A DNA stretch of 64,000 bases from Octopus bimaculoides (GCF_001194135.2 NC_068985.1:92722375-92786374), one strand, 5' to 3'; shown: positions 1 to 11,962, counted from the stretch's first letter. Notes: a model not told the origin generated them from the sequence alone. A program made the numbers and translations.

Positions 1-815
1 GGTATAGTTTGTATCCACTTTTTATACTTGTCCTAATGTTAAAAGTTGGAGACAAACTTGAGTCCTACCAAAGGATATCACTGGGGAGCAAAATTGGTAA
101 CCAGGTCAAACTAAGTAATTTCTGATTTCTTGTTAATCTTTTAGAGTAAAAATTGGTCAACATAGTTGTTGTTGTTGTTGTTAGTTTCAAAAGTAGTCAG
201 GTGGTGAGCGCTATTTTTGTTTTTTGAAGAAATTTTTCCTCAACTTTGACCAAATTGTAATTGAAGTTGCTTATAAAATATCTAGATAATGTTTGGTGTT
301 TAACAATCAATATTCTCTCCTGTGTTGTTTGCAATGGGGCAAAATGGGTAACGACTAATTTTAGTACTTCGTATCTCTTTAAATTGTATGGTGTTTAAAT
401 ATATCAAGAAGGAAACTACTCCAGTAAATCATGAAGTGGCCTGAGAGTCTATTTTATGTTGTTTCGTTCATTTCATATCATATGTCAGTTTTTCATGATC
501 TTCTTTCATTTGACCTAGATGTTTTAATTTTTGTTGCAGTTCTGATCTTTCTGAAGTTTAAAAATACATATTCATGTCTATGAGTCATTGTTCAAATGTA
601 ATTCTGGAGAAATGAAGGGGCAGATTTATGCTCAAAGAGAATGGAGATTAATTTTTTGAAATAATGTTTTGAATATAGTGTTTTTAATGCATTTAGAGAA
701 GGTCATTTTCTCAGCCGATATAGTTTTTCTAAGGTAGTGAACATTTGTTAAAAGACCCTACAGAAATACAGTTTTCTCAAAGTTAAAAATACAGTGAATC
801 TTACTCATTGTGCCT
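1..815. mobile_element. Possible non-autonomous DNA transposon relic
   Basis: Repeated GGGG(A)GCAAAAT(T/G)GGTAAC motif at about 82 and 336; no TIR pair resolved. Confidence 0.2.
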
Positions 816-1025
816 CACCTACATATAGTTGGAATTTACAAAAAAGCAAACAAAACGAAAGACGAAGACGGGTGTGTAAACAACAAACAGATGTATTAGT
901 TTAACACTCGGGAAGTGAAAAAGTCTTTTACATTTTGAGCCTACACTCTTCAACAGAAAGGAACACGAGGAAATAAGCAGAGAGATAAAATACAAAAAAA
1001 AAGAAGGTTTAGTGGCTAGCAATCA
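815..1025 (-). mobile_element. Penelope-like terminal-repeat relic
   Basis: Degenerate CTGTTGA-AGAGTGTAGGCTC-AAAATGT core on the minus strand (923-956); ends at (TA)n. Confidence 0.4.

Positions 1026-1028
<3 letters not shown>

Positions 1029-1065
<37 letters not shown>
1029..1065. repeat. (TA)n microsatellite
   Basis: Direct. Confidence 0.98.
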
Positions 1066-1070
<5 letters not shown>

Positions 1071-1339
1071 CAGTTTACCTGGTTTCTGTCATTAGATGGC
1101 TGCAAAGATATTATTGATTATAACAAATAGGTATTCTTCAAGTACTTATCTTATGTTCTTAGGAAGAAATGTCAAGTTGACCTGTGGAATTAAATACTAA
1201 AGCAATGTGATTGTGAAAAGAAACTGCATGATCATGTCTGTGCATTTATATATGGTTTATACATATATACATATACATCTATATATGTAGTCGTTTGGAT
1301 ATAGAAATGAGAGAAAACATATAGAATGCAAGTGAGGGT

Positions 1340-1640
1340 TCATTTATTTTTTCAAAGCTGATAGTTTACTCCATTTCTACTCAGAATTACTCATCAGAGA
1401 CTATCCTTCAGGCAACAAGTATGATTTCCAAATATTTTTTTCTTGCCTGAAGGATTGCATAGTTTTTAAAAATTCTCTTTTGTTTTTCTATGGTATTATG
1501 GTTTAGTGAGGGAGAGAAGGCAGTGCCTGCGAACTTTATACTTTTTCAGGGTATTCTGAGAGTAGCAGGAGGTAAGAATGAAGTAATCCTGAAACCAGAG
1601 AGCTGACTTGCAGCTGAGTGAATGCAGATGTTAAATGAAG
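1340..1640 (-). mobile_element. Penelope-like terminal-repeat relic with hammerhead-like core and a 12-bp hairpin
   Basis: Minus strand GTCT-CTGATGA-N13-GAAAT-GGA-GTA at 1401-1364; TCCTTCAGGCAA / TTGCCTGAAGGA inverted pair at about 1405-1454. Confidence 0.45.
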
Positions 1641-1684
1641 ATGTGTGTATATATGTACATCTTGTATATACATACATGCATGTG

Positions 1685-1690
<6 letters not shown>

Positions 1691-1761
<71 letters not shown>
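1691..1761. repeat. (TA)n microsatellite
   Basis: Direct. Confidence 0.98.
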
Positions 1762-1764
<3 letters not shown>

Positions 1765-2980
1765 TGTGTTTGTGTATATGAAAATCTGATTGCAATTGTA
1801 TTTACTACTAATTAGATTAGCTAATAACAGTAAAATAGCTCATGATAAATTACTATGAGGAGCTTCTAAGAGGGAAATGGCAGTACCACTCTAGTAATTA
1901 CTCTTATATTGTCTTACAGAAATACCTTTCCTTCGGACTTGGTGTCCTGTTAAGGCTTATACTTATTCTTGTTATAAACCAATGTGTATATGTAATACAT
2001 GCTGTAGTTTTTTATACACTTGGAGGAAAACTAAACCGAGAGCCAATTTTATTGCCAAACCATAAACATGTTGAAAAATAGTAACTGTTGTATTTCTTTT
2101 TGTTCTCTCTTACTAATTTTCTCAATAAATTATCAACTCATTGACTATAATCATATGTGGCAGCTTAATGTTGAATTTATTCCTAACATATGTTCATTTT
2201 GCTGTGCTATTTTATTGTTTTTAAAGTAGAAAAATAAATACATTGCATTTGAACAGTAAAAGTTTTAGAATATTGCAGACCATTCCATTATATCATCCTG
2301 TTTCCTCCTAATTTTTTAAAATTCTTTTTTAGTATATAATACTCAGCTACTGACTGATTATTTTCAAATAGTAATGTTTCTATGACAACAGATTGGCAAA
2401 CTATTTCCTGACTCTTTTTTGTCTCTCTTATCTTTTAGATAAATGTTTTTGCTATCATAATTACATTTTACTGACCAAGAAAATTATATTTTGGCAAATC
2501 AATGTATGTATTATGGGGAAAAAAAAACAAAACCAAACAAAAAAAAAACATTTTAAAAACTATAAAATTGTGAAAAATGGTTTTTGGGATATCTTTCCCA
2601 GATGCTTTATTAAAATTTTTTTGGTTCTGCGTAGTTTATTTACTACCTACAGGAAATTTTAAAGAATCATGAGAAATACCATTTATTTGAAATTCTTAGT
2701 CTTTTACCTTATTTTACTTCTTTTTTTTTCCAATAACATCTTGCAACACTTATTTCAGTTCATACATCAACAGTCATTTATATTGTTTTCAAATATTTTT
2801 TTATGTTAACTAGAAGTAAATTTACAAATCAAAGCTGTGTTATAAAATTAATGCTATCCATTGAAAAAGAATTTATTGTTTTAAGAAAATGAAAATTTTT
2901 AAAGCGATATTTAATTTTTAAAGCAGAATCCAACTGCCATTTTATTGTTTGTAATATTTTCTTTGTGCATCCGGCAAAAT

Positions 2981-3139
2981 TCATTCAGTAGAAAACCTGA
3001 TGTTATTAATTTCAGCTGCTTTATACGTTTCGACATGTCTCATGGAGAGACACTCTTGGAGGTTTTTCTGATTTTCAGTCTTCTTTGAGACTGTCCTGGA
3101 GTGGATTTCAATAGGTGATTCCAGTTCCATAGCAGGACA
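2981..3139 (-). CDS. Candidate terminal coding exon: CPAMELESPIEIHSRTVSKKTENQKNLQECLSMRHVETYKAAEINNIRFSTE*
   Basis: Acceptor ctttcag|TGT, 52 open codons then TGA (2983-2981), AATAAA at 2946-2941 on the minus strand about 35 nt past the stop. Confidence 0.4.
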   Translation of the reverse strand, partial: CPAMELESPIEIHSRTVSKKTENQKNLQECLSMRHVETYKAAEINNIRFSTE

Positions 3140-3519
3140 CTGAAAGCTAATGAAATACTCATTAATTATAGTGTTTCAATATGCTTCTACATTGAGCTAA
3201 TTTTAATTTAATATACTTGTTTACAATTTGTAGGATTAAGCCTTCATTGGATGATCTCTCTGATTTGATGTGGTTGCTCCTTTTACTGATTATTACATTG
3301 CACTAATAAGTAATGATCACCCTCACAATTAGTCTCATCATCACTATTGTATGCTCTACTGTTGTCACCCGTTGTCTTGCACTGAAATCACAACAAACAA
3401 CTCCATTCAGTGTTTTATTGCTTATATTAAATTACAGCATTTTTGTGTTAATTTTTCCAAATCTTGGTGAAAGAAAAAAGCAATTAACTCCCAGATTTTC
3501 TCTTTGCACATATCTTATA

Positions 3520-3748
3520 ATCATCATCGTTTAACGTCTGCTTTCCATGCAAGCATGGGTTGGACGATTTGACTGAGGACTGGTGAACTAGGTGGCTACA
3601 CCAGGCTCCAATCTGATTTGGCAGAGTTTCTACAGCTGGATGCCCTTCCTAACGCCAACCACTCCAAGAGTGTAGTGGGTGCTTTTACATGCCACCGGCA
3701 AGAAGGCCAGTCAGGCGGCACTGGCAACGGCCACGCTCAAAATGGAGT
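3520..3748 (-). mobile_element. Family A short retroposon ((GAT)n-tailed SINE / RTE-type 3' end)
   Basis: (CAT)n-CGTTTAACGTC..CATGGGTTGGACG..CAGCTGGATGCCCTTCCTAACGCCAACC shared with other copies in the window. Confidence 0.85.
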
Positions 3749-3859
3749 ATTAATATCATATTACATATTCATATTGGCAGTGTTGCCTCTACAACTTCAC
3801 ACTGGCCATTAATTTTGATGTCCGGTTATCTTCTCTGTTTACTTTCTTTTGTAGACCAA

Positions 3860-4075
3860 ACTAAAAATCAGTTTGTCAAATTTCAAAAATTACATTTATA
3901 CTTCCTGGATATCTCATGGACATATTGGAAGTTCAATGCAGAAAACTTTTTTCCTTGCCAGTTTTTCTTCAGCCAGGAGAATTGAATTGTGGAATAAACT
4001 CTCTTCTTACCATTGTTTCTCTGCAGAATACAATGTTGATCTCTTTAAATTCAAGATTAACACATACTTTACTTA
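3860..4075 (+). mobile_element. CR1/L2/Jockey-group LINE 3' end fragment
   Basis: Track ORF 3873-4076 reads SFSSARRIELWNKLSS...YNVDLFKFKIN, matching the SFF.R...LWN.LP...YNL..FK..IN terminus. Confidence 0.6.
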
Positions 4076-4152
4076 ATGTTGGTGGTTTCCTACATTTCAA
4101 TATTTTTATTACTCTTTTATTACCGTCTCATTTTATTTAATTTTATTGGCTC

Positions 4153-4215
4153 TTTTATTGTCATCTCATTTACTCTGTTTTATTGTCATCTCATTTACTC
4201 TGTTTTATTGTCATC
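4153..4215. repeat. 25-bp tandem repeat, 2.5 copies
   Basis: TTTTATTGTCATCTCATTTACTCTG at 4153 and 4178, partial at 4203. Confidence 0.95.
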
Positions 4216-5005
4216 AGTTCTTTTATCACTATCTCAATGTATTTCATTGAAATCTTTTCTCAATTATTTTATTGCTGTCTTTTATTTGCCATCTAATATA
4301 TTGCTCCTGCATGTATGTGTGTGTGTATGTATGTCTGTGTTTCTGTATGTCTGTCTGTGTGTGTGTATATATATATGTAAAATTTCTGTGCCTATCCCTT
4401 TTTCTCCTAACCCTTTGCCAAGAAGTAGCTTATGGGCCTTGTTTAGGGTTATTTTGAGTAATGAAAGGAAAAAGTAAGCAACTGTAGTACAAATCATTTC
4501 TTGCTTGTGGCAATTATTATGGAAACCTCTTCTACCAACAACTTAATTGAATCTTAGCTTCAATGCAAAATTTGGTTTTATTTCTTGCTTTTATGTCACA
4601 CGATATCAACAACTCAAAAGCTTGTCAAGCCTTCCACTCTTGGCATTATGTCTGACATTTACCATTTCATAATGTTTTGATTCTGTATAATCCACCTAAA
4701 AATTTTCCTGCACCTGATCTGTTCCTGTTGTTTACACTTTGTATGAGGCTTTACCACCTTCCGAAAAGCCAGGATAGATAATTTTTTTTTAATATCATTT
4801 TGGGCTTCCTTACTTAACTACAGTTGTAGCAGAGCAATCATAACCTTATCTGTAAGTGAGCACAAATTACTGGAGTCTTGATTCAAATTAGTAATTTATC
4901 AAAATGAATGTAGAATTTATCTGAAAAATTTGTCTCTGTTACATTATAAAAAAAATTAATCAAAATTACATATAATTTTCCCATATGCATTTCAAGATCG
5001 ATTCT

Positions 5006-5130
5006 TCAATCAAAATTGGTTACAGCACCATCATCTTCCAAATCACATTTTATGTTAGAATCTGGTGTCCATGGCCTTGTCGAGATCTGAACTCTTAGTT
5101 CTTCATCATTGATGTTGAGTATCTTATTCA
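5006..5130 (-). CDS. Possible alternative terminal exon or exon relic: NKILNINDEELRVQISTRPWTPDSNIKCDLEDDGAVTNFD*
   Basis: Weak acceptor tttaag|TG, 40 open codons to TGA, less AT-rich than flanks. Confidence 0.2.
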
Positions 5131-6810
5131 CTTAAACATTTCTTACCATCTTACTTAGTTGTCTGGTCATTTTAATAGGGTGACAAAATTCAATAATAAG
5201 AACAACCAGAAGTTACTTTTCAATGTAAAATGTCATGTAAGTAAAAGAAGAAAAAAAATACACTTGGATTGTTATCTTGAAATCACATTAACAATATCTA
5301 TTTTAGCTAAAAGCATTTTCAGAAAAAGCAACATTACTTTTAAAGGGAAAAGGAGTTGGAAGGTAGATATACTGCATGTGTATTTTAAGTCTTTGGACAA
5401 TGTTGTTTTATTTTATTATGCAATACAAATATGTGCCTACAGAGATCACTTTAAAATATTCTGTTATTTTGGGGACTATACATTCCAATTTATCCATATT
5501 TGTCCCTTTCTTTTTTATTTTCTTAAATTTGGGCATAGAATATTTTTTCTCCATGTTCTTTATTTAGAATATTCACTTGCAATTGCAGATGATAGATTTT
5601 CAATGACAAAATTTCGTGCCTGAAAAAAGACAAAAATGTCACACTGATTTCATTAATTGTACAAGTACTAATTGTTTCATGTGCCTGTGTTCACACACAT
5701 ACTAATATATAATGCACAAGCACGCAAATCAAGCAATACCATAAATTAATGGGAAATGTTAATACTTTGTGTTTCCCCAATTTTCATGAATGTCAATCAG
5801 AACTTGTGATGTTACATTGGGTTATAGAAAGGTTCTCAGTACCCAGGAACAAAGGCCCATTTGGCACACCCATCTTAATTAGCAAGCATGATAGGCCAAA
5901 GGAGATATTTCACTTCTTTACATTGAGGGACAACTGAATCCCTTTTTGAATGTCACACTATTGAAAAAAAGAAGATAGATTAAATAAATGACCCTTGACA
6001 TACAGCAAAATCATTTAGTTTCTTCTGCTAATTATTGTACTTTTTTTCTATTTTCAATTTTGGGGAACATATGACAAAATTTATGAAAATATGTTAATGA
6101 CAGCACTTACTGATATAAAAAGCTAATTAGAGCTGAAATAAAATTAGAAGTAAATTTAGATATAACTTTTTTTCTCTGTGACATAATCCTTATCACTAAC
6201 TCTAGACCTTTTGTATCTTAGAGCACCACTGTTTAACCAAAACAACATTTTCAAACTCCCAGTCCTGTTTTTCAGACACAAAAGATGAAGAAAACAATCT
6301 TATTTTAATGAAACAGGATCTTAGTCTGTGCTGTGTTTTTTTATCCATTTTTGTTCTTTTACTATCCTATCCAGAATGTACTCTTTATTTTTTTTTATAG
6401 ACTTATGTGGACTAGAATTGAAATATAACTAATAGCAGTCTCGTTTGATGTGTTTTGTTAATTTCAAAAGATAGAGTTCGATATACGACAACTGGAACCT
6501 CAAGTCTCCCCTTCTACATATTTGTTATCTAATTCACCATTTACTTGTAATAATATATTGAATCCCCTTTCTCAACTATTATGGGGAAGGAATCCTAAAT
6601 GACTACAACTTTAATTCCTTCCAGACATGGTTAGTCTTCTTACATTAATGTTCTTATATTATAATCCCAAAACATATTTTGTTTCCTTTGGAAAAGGTAG
6701 TAATACTGGTTTAAATGTGTTTAATTTGAAGAAAAACCATTGCCTCTATAGAACACTTATTACTGTGCCGTAGCAGCCTCATGACATCTGCCACCTCTTT
6801 CTTTACTTAC

Positions 6811-6910
6811 AATGCCTCCATGAAGCGTTACCACCCACATTAAGCACCACTTCTTTAGATCATATAGAGATGCTGTTGATCACCAGTATTGTCCTGAATA
6901 TTCGATGTAT
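6811..6910 (-). pseudogene. Exon-like segment with one in-frame TGA: YIEYSGQYW*STASLYDLKKWCLMWVVTLHGGI
   Basis: Acceptor tttctttaag|A, donor ATT|gtaagt; 100 nt ending in phase 0, compatible with exon 2981-3139; TGA at 6882-6880. Confidence 0.45.
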
Positions 6911-7525
6911 CTTAAAGAAAGTCATATTAAGTTAGTGAAAGATACTTAATAGTAAATGTTTGTTGTGAACCAATTTTTAGTTGGAAAACATGTCAAGATG
7001 TCAAAATTTGTTATTGACATTTAATCTCATATTGTTTATGTTCTCTTCTAAGAGTTTGAATTCCAGGCATTCACACTTAGACACAAATATGATAATTGCA
7101 CTAGATACCTCTCCAATGTACGACTGAAATACGTTGAACAAGATGAAACCACTACATCAAAATTCTTATACATCTCTTTAAGTTGGTCATATTAATAGCA
7201 TCTATTCTTGCCCTTACTATACTCTTAGGCTTTTCTGATTTTTCACTTTCTAATTCATTTGTTTATTTCCCTGGCTTCTTCTCTCTCTTTTTTCTCTTAT
7301 TCCACTTTCTATGTTGATGTTTATACACCACAATTAAACAGGATATCCATTTAGGTGGAATATATTTTCGTCTTGAATTATTGCATTATATATAAGTTGA
7401 GCATGTTAACTTTAATTGCTTGAACTCTTTTACAGATAATAATAATAAAGAATTACTAGTTTATTTCACATACAAATTTGGATGTAGTTCTTTGCCAAAC
7501 ATAAGTAAATATGTTTATGCCTTAC

Positions 7526-7636
7526 TGATTGATGGAAAATATTACAAATAATTAAACTTATGTTAAAGCCAGTCTCTGGCTCTGCTCTTTGTTTATCAGC
7601 ATATTCACTGAATTGTCTGACAAGAGAATTACTTGT
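7526..7636 (-). CDS. Candidate internal exon: TSNSLVRQFSEYADKQRAEPETGFNISLIICNIFHQS
   Basis: Acceptor tgtttcag|ACA, donor TCA|gtaagg, 111 nt, stop-free, phase 0-0; lies within track ORF 7466-7651. Confidence 0.45.
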
Positions 7637-8432
7637 CTGAAACAATAACATTCTGTGTTGTTGATGTAAAGTCTGCCATACTTTTCTTTCATTGCTACTC
7701 TTTTTTTCCGTATCGAAAACATTGCTTTTAGTTTCTCATCTTTAGAAATACATAGATATATATTTTAAAATTAATGGTATTTTATGGCAAATTTGTGTCA
7801 GAAGAACAATATTTCTGTATAGATTATTTTAATTTTTCAATAGTCCTTTCATTTTCTACCTTCTATGATTAAATATTAGATAATTTGAACTTACTTTCAT
7901 GTGACTTAATTCAAGTGCATATTCAATGTTATATTAGATTCTGCACAGCAAAAAAACATTCATTTTATTTAGCAATGGAATTGTGGAAATGTATATTAGA
8001 AGGCAATTTTCACCTGTGCATTGATCATTGAAAATGTGGTTTCATAAGAAATGAAGTGGTTATAATTTATAACCCCAAAATATTGATGTTTATATTTCTT
8101 TCTGATGATTCTTTAAAAGAAGTAATATATAATGTTTTCTCTCTTAACATCTTGTAAAAACAAATGGAATTTTTAGTTGCAATGTCAGTTATTTGTTTCT
8201 TTCATTTGAAACTTATTTGAATTAAAATAGATAAATTATAAGCAAATCAATTGTATCTTTTATCAATCAACTTTCACCTAAATATAAAAAGTAAATTTGT
8301 TGGAACTACATTCAGAACCAATTTAATTTTGAATATATCCTTTACGCTGTTTTTGTTGTAATATATAAGATTTCAAGCAATATTTTTCAATATTTGTTTT
8401 TCTGTCATTATTTTATACATTTAATTATCTAC

Positions 8433-8525
8433 TTTCCAGCTGCTGAAAATTGCTACTAGTTTATATTGGCAAAGCATTTCTAATATCATCGATAAGTCCG
8501 TATCTTTAAAATTGCTTTGGGGAAA
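8433..8525 (-). CDS. Candidate internal exon: FPQSNFKDTDLSMILEMLCQYKLVAIFSSWK
   Basis: atttag|TTT acceptor, weak AAA|gtagat donor, 93 nt stop-free, phase 0-0, compatible with both neighbours. Confidence 0.25.
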
Positions 8526-8950
8526 CTAAATTAAATGTGCTGATGTTGAGAGGACAAACAATTCTGAAGCATCAAAATGAAGGTTATTCCTGCAAAGCAC
8601 AGTTATTAAAGTAGATTATATCATCAAGATGGGATAATTGCTTAGGTGATAGTGCAGATCTAGAAACTTTTACATCATCAATTTCTAACTTAATTACTTT
8701 AAGCTCTTAGAGTTGAAGTAATAGAAATTAAATAATTTCTTTAATTGCAAGGTGTTTTTTGCGAGAAGAGATCAATTACAGTTGAACTTGATACCCACAT
8801 AGATATGTATTTCTTTATAAACCCTGATGAGGTGAAAAAGGAAAATCAGCTAATTTTGAATCCAGAAATGCAAAGCTTCAAGTGAAATATCAAAGAATCA
8901 CATTTGATTCTCTATTACTGTTGTAATGTCTGGATTAAGAACTCAGAATA

Positions 8951-8951
<1 letters not shown>

Positions 8952-8989
<38 letters not shown>

Positions 8990-9285
8990 GTTTAACGTCC
9001 GCTTTCCATGCTAGCATGGGTTGGACGATTTGACTGAGGACTGGTGCAACCGGATGGCTACACCAGGCTCCAATCTAATTTGGCAGAGTTTCTACAGCTG
9101 GATGCCCTTCCTAACGCCAACCACTCAGAGAGTGTAGTGGGTGCTTTTACATGTCACCCGCACGAAAACAGCCACGCTCGAAATGGTGTCTTTTATGTGC
9201 CACCTGCACAAGAGCCAGTCCAGGGGCACTGGCAACAATCTCACTTGGCTTGCCGGGTCTTCTCACGCACAGCACATTTCCCAGA
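8952..9285 (-). mobile_element. Family A retroposon, longest copy
   Basis: High identity to the 3520, 46584 and 48811 copies; (CAT)12 tail. Confidence 0.9.
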
Positions 9286-11459
9286 CAATTTGAAGCTGTT
9301 AACAATTTGAGGTTCAAAAGTAGATTCTTTGTCGTTTGGATTTAGTTAAAAAATAATCTATTGTAGAAACAAAAAACTATTTGTGATTGAAATAAAAACC
9401 TAAGATGATGATAATCTTCTGTCAAGTAAACTCTGTTGTGTGTATGTCTCATTTCTGGTTAAGCATTTCATTTACCTTATTCTCCATGGGGCTTTGACTT
9501 TCAGCTATAATCAAATATTTACAGTGGAGAATTAATGTATTAGGGTTATGTGACATTTTTGGTTGAAGCATCAAATGTTATCATTAGTGATTAATATAAC
9601 AATTATTGTTTGTTATTTAGTAAGCTATGAGGTTTGTATTTCAATGTTTGTGCTGCAAACTTTTATAGTTGCCTGATACACCAAAATTTCACTGGATCTG
9701 AATTCATTCAAGTGCTGTACTACAGACTTAACCCTTACAAGAATGTGTAATTGCCTTAAAAAACTAAAGATAATGAGAGTTGCATTTTACAAAGAAATCT
9801 TTTACACTATTCTCATATTTGTTGACTAATGTAAACAGTGTACATATTATAAATTCCTCATCTCAAAAATATAGAATTGTGTTGGTGCAGAGCTGGCATA
9901 ATATTTAGTACAGAGCTGAGAGAAATTTAGAATTGTATTCGTAGTGCTGACATAAAACATCCGCGGACGTTTAAAAGCCTTATATCATAGATTCACTCTG
10001 TCACTGCCTATGGAATACCGTAGTGGATAAAGTCATTGGTTAAGGCAGTGCAGTCACCTTGAGGTTTTGAGTTCAATTCCAGGAAAGGCACTGAGGTGAA
10101 GCACAAGATATCTAAAGAAGGCTGAAGCATACAATGGCCAAAACATAGTGAATTCAAGATGACAACAGTGTACATAAAACTATTTCCTAAGAAGTTGAAG
10201 GTATGGCTGTGTGATCTAAAAGTTTGCTTCACACCTATATGGTTGTCGGTTTAGCTTGATTACTCTGTACTTTGGGAAAGTGACCTTTGACTGAGCCCTA
10301 AAGCCCAGGAAACTGTATGAAACCCATCATGGGTGTGTGTAAGTATGTGGGTGTGTTTGTGTCTCACTGCATGATAAATATAAATGATTCTCAGTTATGC
10401 TGGTAATGTTGTACAATTCTAATCTTCCATGAAAGTGTATTTGACTGGGGTGGGGTTTGGAGGATTATTATCTTGCTTGGAAACAGGTCACAGGTAGTGA
10501 CTCAATGAATTCCATCAGCTTATATATAAGCCTGGAATTGTGGATATTAAAATGATGACAGTGGGTGCATATTAAGTTACATCGATATGTATGTGCATAT
10601 GTGCTCATATGTGTATGTATGTGTCAGTGTCAGGTTGCCTTTTAGAGAATGAACCTTTCTAATTTGGCTGTTGATTAGCTTGTAGGGGAATGTTTTTTGT
10701 GGAAAATTTCTGCTACCATGCAAATAAAGACAGCAAGAGCTAATTTTCTCACAATATTACTTTTCACCACTAGCACTATTGTTTCTATCAATACTACTTT
10801 TGTTTGTGGTGCATAAATTATTTGTTGCCGTCAAAATAACTCCTGAGGAATGGTATTAATTAAAATTGTATTTCCATGTTTTGAAACCTTGAAAAAAATT
10901 ACTATAAATGCCTGTTGCATTCTCATTGATAAATATGCACTTGCACATGAGCATGTATTAATCAATATTAATCAATCTGAGGAGAAAATGCCAAAGGGTT
11001 TCGTTAGTAATATGGCTTTTTAAACTAAAATTCTTTTTCTTATTTTTTTTTCATTTGGTTCCTCTTTTCAAAAGTTATTTTAAAAAGAAATAAAGCCAAA
11101 ACATTTTAAATTTGAATTAAATGTATATTAATTGACATAACATGTTGCAGCCAAATTCTTACTTTTCATTTGCAATCATTAATGTTTTTAAACATTGTTT
11201 CTCTGCTAAAATACAAAACCAACGAAGAAGTTGAAGTAAACTAACACCTAGTGTGAATAAAATTTGTGTCTCTTTTGACTTTGATGCTTTGATATCTCAT
11301 GACTTACCTTTGATTAATTTTCGTGTGGATTTTGTTGGACAGCATAAAAGCACTTTGTAAAATGTAAACAGCTATTCAAGTCTAGATTCTTAATCAACTG
11401 TTTCTTGTGTCCATGAATTTGGCTATGGCGGATTCTCAGCTGGTCAGGGACTGACTTAC

Positions 11460-11651
11460 AGATTGTGGTTTCAGGACCATTCTCTATGGTACGTGGACAA
11501 TACAACAGGCAGTATCAGGTGATGTAATGTCTACAAAGTTCAGTAACAGCCTCTAAAAGTTTCTAGTGGCATCCTCTTCATCTAAAGGATTTGCTTGCTC
11601 TGCTGTTCGGATTCTTGGGATTGGTTGTGGTTAGTCCATGCAAGCCTTCAC
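11460..11651 (-). pseudogene. Exon-like segment with three in-frame stops: VKACMD*PQPIPRIRTAEQANPLDEEDATRNF*RLLLNFVDITSPDTACCIVHVP*RMVLKPQS
   Basis: Acceptor tttccttgttgag|GTG, donor TCT|gtaagt, 192 nt, GC-richer than flanks. Frame ambiguous: a second frame (GEGLHGLTTTNPKNPNSRASKSFR*...) also has three stops. Confidence 0.4.
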
Positions 11652-11713
11652 CTCAACAAGGAAAGAAACTTTAGATTACCACTAGCTAAAATGTTAGAAA
11701 TTTAACTGGTAAA

Positions 11714-11719
<6 letters not shown>

Positions 11720-11783
<64 letters not shown>
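11720..11783. repeat. (TA)n microsatellite abutting a family B SINE head
   Basis: Direct. Confidence 0.98.
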
Positions 11784-11785
<2 letters not shown>

Positions 11786-11962
11786 ATTGGCTGTGTGGTA
11801 AATAGCTTGCTTACGAACCACATGGTTCTGAGTTCAATCCCACTGCCTGGCACCTTGGGCAAATGTCTTCTACTATAGCCCCGGGCCGACCAAAGCCTTG
11901 TGAGTGGATTTGGTAGATGGAAATTGAAAGAAGCCTGTCGTATATATATATATATATGTATA

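Noticed and set aside
1550-1571. Plus-strand microexon (tttttcag|GGTATTCTGAGAGTAGCAGGAG|gtaag)
   Set aside because: Inside an interspersed repeat, with no partner exons on that strand.
4076-4497. Overlapping hydrophobic ORFs
   Set aside because: Produced by T-rich low complexity, the 25-bp tandem repeat and (TG)n.
8823-8850. CTGATGA...GAAA hammerhead-like motif
   Set aside because: No stem II pairing and no repeat context.
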